A stretch of 64,000 nt of DNA from the NCBI GenBank assembly GCA_037445735.1, contig JBBIJY010000011.1, positions 32,614 to 96,613 of the forward strand. Direction: 5' to 3'. A model generated the notes under the pieces. That model had not been told where the DNA came from. It worked only from the letters and a program-made list of their open reading frames with translations, and searched no databases. Made by a program: the position numbers and the translations under genes. The DNA is from Armatimonadota bacterium (GTDB lineage: Bacteria > Armatimonadota > Fimbriimonadia > Fimbriimonadales > GBS-DC). Positions 57,420 through 64,000 of this stretch are shown in pieces; positions within the stretch are counted from its first letter, which is position 1, and each line of letters opens with the position of its first letter.

Positions 57420-57446
57420 GGGCGTCCTTTTCAGGACGCCCTTTTT
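57420..57446 (+). terminator. Intrinsic terminator
   Basis: GGGCGTCCT-TTTC-AGGACGCCC followed by TTTTT. Confidence 0.75.
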
Positions 57447-57588
57447 ACAGGGAAACCCTTGCTGATGGCGCTGTCCTGTTTTATCCCCTGCCCAGCTTTG
57501 AGGAACCCTGTAGTGGACTGGAGAGTCGAAAATTGGTAGACTCTGGGTGATAGTCGGGGAGTGCATCTCCCTATCGCGGAGGATAGAG

Positions 57589-58445
57589 ATGCGGAGAGGA
57601 TTAAAACAGCTGGCAATGATCGTGCTGATGGTGGCGATGCTGGTACGATGGTGCCCGCTCTTGTGGCGCAGATGCGCATTTCACGCGATGAGTTGTGCTT
57701 CGCTCGGCTCCGGGTTATCGCAACGAGCCTGCTGATGTATCTGCAGGACTACGACGAGATAATGCCGCTGGCGTTCGGGCGCGGTCCCGATGGCAACTGG
57801 CTCGCGAATTATGCCCATGCGGTTCCATATGACTGGAGACCCACCCAGACGAGCTGGCGTTCCGCCTATGCCTCGACGTGGGCAAACACCCTGGTACCTT
57901 ACCTGCCGGAACGGGGGATAGAGGTGGCTTCCCGCTATGACTGGCTTCACTGCCCGGTCGCGATTGCCACCAAACCGTCTGGAATCACCGATTACTCAAA
58001 CCCCCAGCGACGCCCGGCGAAAGTGTCCTATACCTATAACGGGCTACTGCATCAACTATCGCTGGCACGGGTCAGTTCACCTGCCACGGTACCTTCCTTC
58101 TGGGAGGGGAGAGGGCGATCCTACACGGTTGGATTCGCCGTCAGCAATCCCACCCTTCGTTGCCCCCCGAACAGCGATTGCCGATACATGCCGCGCAGAG
58201 AGGAAATGCCGCCGTGCGGCGCAGTCACAGGCACCATGTTCACCCCCGATTCGATGTGGATCCACCCCAAAGGGACAACGATGGCGTTCGTGGATGGTCA
58301 TGTAGTATGGCGTCGACTGGGGCTTGTGATTGCACCGAATAACACCAACCCCGATTATGACCCTTTTACAGGGTATAACAGCTCAGGTATACCTGCCTAC
58401 TTCTGGTTCGACGACTGTAATCCCTGGCTGTTCCGACCATACTGA
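57589..58445 (+). pseudogene. DUF1559-like/H-X9-DG protein, apparently frameshifted near 57645
   Basis: SD plus ATG 57589 encodes hydrophobic leader MRRGLKQLAMIVLMVAMLV, out of frame with the body (MYLQDYDE, SYTYNG, HPKGTTMAFVDGH). Confidence 0.6.
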
Positions 58446-58465
58446 GCGCAAGGAGGTCTTAAGCC

Positions 58466-59814
58466 ATGAAAGCATTGATGGTTGCTCTGATGATGGCTCA
58501 TCTGCTGAGCCTGGCACTGGGTCAGGCAGTCATTCGCTGGTATCGCCTTTATGGTGTGAGCGGCTACGAAATCCTGCTCAAAGAGGTGCAATACGACGGT
58601 GGCAGCTACCTGTATGGGTTGGCTTCACTGCGGCAGTCGGAAGGCGAGGATGGTATCAGCCTTGTGCGATACGACCTGAATGGCACGCTGGTGGACGCAC
58701 GCCCCTACGGGCTGGCAAATGGAGTGCAGGAAGATGCCTTCGGTTTGCAGCTGCTACCCAACGGCGATAGCATTGTGGTGGGCGCTATCACCGAACCGAT
58801 CTGGGAGGTCAACGCGCCGCGCCCTGAACGAACCGTGATTGTCTACTACCCCAATGTGGGGAACCCCTCACTGGAACGACGCGCCAATGGTCTGCCTGTA
58901 GCGATGATCTTCGGCAACAACCGCCTTTATATCGCGACCACCAACCAGCAGAGGCAGGGCGCTTACCTCACCTTTGACCCCGCGACCCAGACCGTGCAGG
59001 CAACCCTGTTAACAGGGAGCGACGGATTCTTGCTGGACATCGGCTGGGCTTCGCCAAGTGGGGTCGTGCTGGGTGGCTGGAACGGCACAGCCAGCGGGCG
59101 CGACGGATTCTACTGGCAGAACGCAACTTTCACCTATTTGAATGCCTCCTTCGGCTATGTGGCGCGCGTCATCCCGCTGGAAAGCGGCAACCTCGCCTAC
59201 TTATGGGGGAGCGGCACGGAGACCGAAACGCAGATGTACGGACCCGATGGAATGCAAGCGGAAGAGTACTGATGAAATCGGTGATTGGACGCTCTGGGGA
59301 GACGCTTCTCTATGTGTTCGCGCTGGGGTCCCGTCCCACGCTGGTGCGTCTCAATCCATCCACCCTCACCCGCGAATGGGAGTTTGCCTTCCCGACCTTT
59401 CCCGTTCTTCACGACTGGACAGTGGACAGCGCGGGCAATGTCTATGTGCTGGGAGGCGATCTCTGGAAAATTCGCCCGGATGGCTCCCTCGCCTGGCGCG
59501 CGCCCTTCAGATTCCCCAACGAGCTCATTTTCGACTGGTGGCAATTCGGTTCGATCAGGCTGGCTCCCCTCAACGATGGGCGACTGGCTCTCGGTTCCAC
59601 CGCTTTCCATTCGGACTATGGTTCACGCGCTTTCGTCGCTCTCGTCGAGCAGCAGGGCGATACGAACGGCGATGGATGTGTGGATGATGCCGATCCGCTA
59701 ATCGTGCTGACCAGCTTCGGCGGCAACAACCCATCGGCGGACCTGAACAATGATGGTCTTGTGGATGATGCCGATCTGCTGGAGGTACTCTTCGCCTTCG
59801 GCAACGGCTGTTGA
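58466..59814 (+). pseudogene. Secreted beta-rich protein with C-terminal dockerin-like repeat, split in two frames (58466-59272 and 59272-59814)
   Basis: Signal peptide only in the first ORF; GDTNGDGCVDDAD...DLNNDGLVDDADLL only in the second. Confidence 0.55.
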
Positions 59815-59870
59815 ACCTATCGTGGCACCGTCGCCTGACAGGTCGGCTGGAATGGGATATAATAAGCCTG

Positions 59871-61502
59871 ATGAGTCAGGCGACGGTGCAGGGTGCGCGT
59901 AGCGGCGCGTTTTTAGAGGCTACACCCGCCACGATTTTCACGCCGGAGCAGCTCACGGCAGAAGACCGCCTGATGGCGGAGGCGACCGAGCGGTTCATCC
60001 GCGAGCAGGTGATGCCGCTGGTGCCGCGCCTCGAATCGGGCGAGAGACTGCTGATGCGCACGCTGCTGGAGCAGGCGGCACAGCTCGGCTTGCTCGGCAT
60101 CGATGTGCCTCCCGAATATGGCGGACTGGGGCTATCCAAGCCGACCTCCGCCCTCATCACCGAGAAGACCGCCATCCAGCCCTCGTTTGCTGTCTCCCAC
60201 GCGGTGCATACCAGCGTGGGCAGCCTGCCCCTACTGCTGTTCGGCACGCGCGAGCAGGCGGAACGCTACCTGCCACGCCTCGTAACGGGCGAGCTGATTG
60301 GCGCCTACGCGCTCACCGAACCCGAATCGGGTTCCGACGCGCTCAGCGCCCGCACGCGCGCCCGCCGCGAGGGCGACACCTACTACCTGCGCGGCAACAA
60401 AATCTGGATCACCAACGCGGGCTTCGCCGACCTGTTCGTAACCTTCGCCCAGGTGGACGGCAAACGGTTCACCGCCTTCCTGGTGGAGCGCACCGCGCCT
60501 AACTTTATTGTGGAGCGCGAGGAACACAAGCTGGGCTTGCACGGCTCCAGCACCTGCCGAATCGTGCTGGACGAGGTGCCCGTGCCCGTCGGGAATCGGC
60601 TCGGTGAGGAGGGTCAGGGCGCCTATGTCGCGCTCTACACGCTGAACATCGGGCGGTTCAAAATCGGCGCGGCGGGCGTCGGGCTGGGCAAGGAGGCATG
60701 GCGCATCGGCTGCGAATACGCGCAGGTTCGCAAGCAGTTTGGACGCCCCATTATCGAGTTCGATCTGGTGTGGCGCAAGCTGGCATTCGGGCGGGCGATG
60801 CTCTATGTCGCCGAAAGCGCGCTCTATCGGCTGGCGGGCGATCTGGAAGCGGCGTTCAGCACGCCTGCCGAAGACCCTCAAAGCCGCTGGCGCCACGCCG
60901 CCGCGCAGTTCGCTGCCGAGTGCGCGCTCATCAAGGTCGCCATCACCGAGATTCTGCATCAGATTATCGACGACGCCCTGCAGATTCACGGCGGTTATGG
61001 CTTCTCGGAGGAATATCCGATAGCCCGCCTCTACCGCGACGCGCGGGTGAACCGCATCTACGAGGGCACGAACGAAATCAATCGCCTGAACCTGGTGGAG
61101 CGGTTGCTCTATCTGCGTTGGCGCGGGGCGTGGTCGCCTGTGGAGCAGGCATCGGACGGCGACAGCGATGTGGATGCGACGCTGACCGCTCTGCGCAGGC
61201 TTACAGGGCGGGCGCTGATTGCGCTGGAATCGGTTGAGGAACCGCCGCAGGCTTTTGTGGAGCCGCTTGCCGACGCGCTAATCGCGCTGTATCTGCTCGA
61301 TTCGGCGGCGGTGCGGGCGCGCATGACGGGCGACCCGCTGCATCAGGCGTCGCTCGCGCTCTATCACGAGCGCGTGCGACGCCAGCTGGGTGGCTGGCAA
61401 GCCGACCTCAGCCCTCTGACCGCCGAGCCGCCAGCTCCCGTCCAGCCCCAGCCTCTCACCCCGCTCTACGAGGCGGTATGGCAGAGGTGTCAGCCTGATT
61501 AA
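59871..61502 (+). CDS. Acyl-CoA dehydrogenase
   Basis: AYALTEPESGSDA, GNKIWITN, EHKLGLHGSST, RKQFG, QIHGGYG and IYEGTNEI motifs. Confidence 0.95.
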   Translation: MSQATVQGARSGAFLEATPATIFTPEQLTAEDRLMAEATERFIREQVMPLVPRLESGERLLMRTLLEQAAQLGLLGIDVPPEYGGLGLSKPTSALITEKTAIQPSFAVSHAVHTSVGSLPLLLFGTREQAERYLPRLVTGELIGAYALTEPESGSDALSARTRARREGDTYYLRGNKIWITNAGFADLFVTFAQVDGKRFTAFLVERTAPNFIVEREEHKLGLHGSSTCRIVLDEVPVPVGNRLGEEGQGAYVALYTLNIGRFKIGAAGVGLGKEAWRIGCEYAQVRKQFGRPIIEFDLVWRKLAFGRAMLYVAESALYRLAGDLEAAFSTPAEDPQSRWRHAAAQFAAECALIKVAITEILHQIIDDALQIHGGYGFSEEYPIARLYRDARVNRIYEGTNEINRLNLVERLLYLRWRGAWSPVEQASDGDSDVDATLTALRRLTGRALIALESVEEPPQAFVEPLADALIALYLLDSAAVRARMTGDPLHQASLALYHERVRRQLGGWQADLSPLTAEPPAPVQPQPLTPLYEAVWQRCQPD

Positions 61503-62387
61503 CATCGGTGAGTTCGGGTCGTGCTGGCGGTGGCGTTCGCGGGCTTTGTCAAAGCTGGCGGTGGCGTAGCAGTAAACACAGCTGAAGAGGCAGGTGTCGT
61601 ACATCCCGATGTCCCGACTCACCACGCAGCCGCACGCCTCACGCTGACCCGGGTCCTTCTTGCTGCTGACCTGAATGCCGAACACCTCGCGAATGAGTTC
61701 GTCATCCACACACTTACCTTTCGGCACGCCGTACGGCTCCAGATCGATCACCTCGGCGCAGCTCTGGATTGCCATCCCGTTGCATCGGGCGGTTTCGGCA
61801 ATCTGGCGGATGAACTGCCCGAACCGCTCCTGCCACTCGTTGAAGTGAACACCCTCTTTGCGCAGCAGGCGCAGGCGTGGCTGAAGCTTGCGATAGTCGG
61901 TGTCCACGATGCTGATCACATTGCGTTTCGTGTAGCCCCGCAACCGCTCCGCCAGCCATGCGTGTTTGTCCAGATGGAACGCTGGCGGCGTGATGGGACT
62001 GATCACAATCGGGTCATATCGCCAGACGACCCGCTCCGCGCCGATGCGTTCCGCGAGTTCGCAGAAGGTTTGCAGGCGTTTCTCAAGGGGCGGCATGTGC
62101 GGATCCAGTTCGGGCGGGTTGTCCATCAGGGTGAACTGGAAGTAGTATCGGTAGCCGCGCTCGTCCAGCTCCTCAAGATAGGGCATCAGCGGGCGGGGAT
62201 AGCGCGTCCAGAACACAATCACCAGCACATCGTCTGGCTGGAGCGAGATTCGGCTCTGTTGCTGGGGATTGAAGGGGTTCGGCACGAGGCAGTAGCCCTC
62301 GCGAATGCGGTTGATGAACCACTTCGCGTAGAACGCTGGTATATCGGTGCGCCGGCTGGCGCTGATAATCATGGGCGCCTTTGACAT
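61278..62387 (-). CDS. DUF1848 domain protein (radical-SAM-like)
   Basis: IISASRRTDIPAFY, WRYDPI, KDPGQREACGC..SRDIG.YDTC...CVYCYA. Confidence 0.9.
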   Translation of the reverse strand: MSKAPMIISASRRTDIPAFYAKWFINRIREGYCLVPNPFNPQQQSRISLQPDDVLVIVFWTRYPRPLMPYLEELDERGYRYYFQFTLMDNPPELDPHMPPLEKRLQTFCELAERIGAERVVWRYDPIVISPITPPAFHLDKHAWLAERLRGYTKRNVISIVDTDYRKLQPRLRLLRKEGVHFNEWQERFGQFIRQIAETARCNGMAIQSCAEVIDLEPYGVPKGKCVDDELIREVFGIQVSSKKDPGQREACGCVVSRDIGMYDTCLFSCVYCYATASFDKARERHRQHDPNSPMLIRLTPLPYRLVERGERLGLDGSWRLGGQRAEVGLPATQLASHALVIERERRLMQRVARHARPHRRRIEQIQRD

Positions 62388-62435
62388 AGCACGCCTCCGC
62401 CTTAGTGATTATACCTCACACTGGTCAGGATCGGT

Positions 62436-62693
62436 TCAACAGCGGTTCCACAGGCAGGGGACAGGGATAACAGTGCGTTCTGGCAGGTTATCCACGAAGC
62501 CTTTGGGGTCGCGCTCCGCCGCCTGCAGGATCGTCAGATCATCGAAGCTGAAGTAGGCGCTCATCACACCCTGCTCAATGAGTTGATGGGCCAGTGTGGT
62601 CTTGCCCACCTGCCGCGCGCCCTGAAGGAACGCCGCCGGCATCACGGTGAGCGCCGCTCGCAGCCGCTCCAGCACCCAGCGCGGTTTCATCAT
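62436..62693 (-). pseudogene. Truncated AAA_14/DUF4143-type ATPase (N-terminus only)
   Basis: GARQVGKTTL Walker A; ORF breaks off where the Walker B motif is expected. Confidence 0.75.
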
Positions 62694-62732
62694 GGGCAGA
62701 TTCTACCCACCAGGTGGGTAGAATCTGCCCAT
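62692..62732. repeat. Perfect 20-bp-arm palindrome
   Basis: ATGGGCAGATTCTACCCACC-A-GGTGGGTAGAATCTGCCCAT. Confidence 0.9.
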
Positions 62733-62761
62733 TCAATGGGTTAAAAATGCCCCATCACGCC

Positions 62762-63700
62762 TCAGTCAAGCGACGCTTCCAGGAAGCTTTTGATATCTTC
62801 GTCGCTCATCTTCGGCTCGCCCGGCGCCACATTGTTCAGCTTGCCTGCCAGCATCCACCGCTCCAGCTCGTCCACCAGATCGAACAGGTGGTCAAAGGAG
62901 TCCACAATAAACAGCAACGGCTGATAGTGGTGGATCTCGAAGTGCTGGTTGATGACCCATTCCAGCTGGATGGGGTAGCGCTGCACTTCGGGCGATTCGA
63001 TGGCGTGCGCGATTTCGCCGTAGGAGCTGAGCAGCCCGCTGCCGTACACCTTCAGCTCGCCGTTTTTGCCGCGCATCAGCCCGAACTCGATGGTGAACCA
63101 GAAGAACCGTGCCAGCGCACGGAAAATGCTGGTCAGGCGTTGCACCTGCAGCTCAGGGTCCTTGATCTCGCGCACCAGTCGGGCAGCGGTGTGGGCAGCT
63201 TCCCCGAACCGAACCAGCGTGTCAGCAAAGCGCGGGTCGGTATGCATCGGCACATGCCCCGCTATATCGTGGAAGATATCGGGTTCGGGGATGTAGTCCA
63301 GCGAGTCGAGGCTGCGCACGGTGATGGTGGTGGGGAATTCCCGATTGCGCAGGCAATCGAAGAAGATATAGGCGGGCACATAGCCCGTGACGGCTTTTGC
63401 CTTGAAGCCTGTCAGTGGCGCCAGAAAGCGGTTCACATCCTCCAGACGCGGCACCCGATGCGGGTCCAGGCAGAGTTTGGACACACCCTCCAGAAACTTG
63501 TCGGTCGCGTACTTTTGCCATCGCTCCTGAATGCGCGCGTAGAGCTGCCGCCACGCCTCGTGGTTCTCCTCGGAGTACAGCTCGTAGGGCTGCTCGATGT
63601 AGAGTTCGCCCTTGCTACGGGCGACCTCGATGAACGGGGCTCGGGTGGTCGTCAGCCCCATGCCCGGATAAAACTGCGTTTGCGCCTGTGCTTGCGCCAT
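62762..63700 (-). CDS. phhA: Phenylalanine 4-monooxygenase (pterin-dependent aromatic amino acid hydroxylase)
   Basis: YIPEPDIFHDIAGHVP, WFTIEFGL, YGSGLLSSYGE and YQP motifs; GGAGGT SD before ATG 63700. Confidence 0.92.
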   Translation of the reverse strand: MAQAQAQTQFYPGMGLTTTRAPFIEVARSKGELYIEQPYELYSEENHEAWRQLYARIQERWQKYATDKFLEGVSKLCLDPHRVPRLEDVNRFLAPLTGFKAKAVTGYVPAYIFFDCLRNREFPTTITVRSLDSLDYIPEPDIFHDIAGHVPMHTDPRFADTLVRFGEAAHTAARLVREIKDPELQVQRLTSIFRALARFFWFTIEFGLMRGKNGELKVYGSGLLSSYGEIAHAIESPEVQRYPIQLEWVINQHFEIHHYQPLLFIVDSFDHLFDLVDELERWMLAGKLNNVAPGEPKMSDEDIKSFLEASLD

Positions 63701-63716
63701 CGCATTCACCTCCAGC

Positions 63717-63974
63717 TTAACTATACCCGATGGGGTATTTCTGTGGACCGCCTCTAAGCATCCATGGCTGTCGCGACCGTTCAGCACAGTTGTCAGGCTC
63801 ATTCCCGCAATACCGATACAGGTTCAGGTCGCCAGAGGCAGCGTCTATCGGGTCTCTCTGCAGCCAGCGGGCGGTGCGGGGGTCATAGGCGCGGGCACCC
63901 ACATGGTACAACCCCGTGAACGGGATAAACTCATAGCCATACGCCCCGTTCCAGGTAAACAGATTGCGGGTCAT
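63717..63974 (-). pseudogene. Orphan RHS repeat-associated core fragment
   Basis: GLYHVGARAYDPRTARWLQRDPI...NLYRYCGNEP; in-frame TAA just upstream; no DPxG or toxin domain. Confidence 0.75.
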
Positions 63975-64000
63975 GTTTGTTTAGAACCTTATCGTATCCG

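Overview
GC-rich bacterial chromosomal segment. An Armatimonadota-like origin is inferred from the DUF1559/H-X9-DG proteins and the GDxNGDGCVDDAD dockerin-like tail. Most of it is housekeeping: psuG, mreB, relA-dtd, PASTA kinase-rpe-ribD, smpB, murA-folE2-znuCB, mrp, pdxH, pyrG, cystathionine beta-synthase plus gamma-lyase, and phhA. It also holds a complete alternative complex III (actABCDEFG) + SCO + caa3-type oxidase operon behind a sigma70 promoter with a Rex/CRP-like operator. Accessory content: an inserted ABC-type AAA ATPase plus small putative nuclease pair (candidate uncharacterised defence module), a VapBC-like TA pair, a serpin lipoprotein, an M4/M36-like peptidase, a tail-fibre-like secreted protein, a possibly decaying 57-60 kb island, and ATPase and RHS remnants. 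Signals outside the ORF track: a CCCTCTCCC..GGGAGAGGG palindromic repeat family that also sits in-frame inside two CDSs; an unannotated ATC-start small basic ORF with an ECF-type promoter, SD and terminator; many apparently leaderless genes; a PASTA kinase lacking DFG; and tmRNA-like ends next to smpB. No rRNA, canonical tRNA, CRISPR array or transposase was seen. All family calls come from motif recognition, not database searches.
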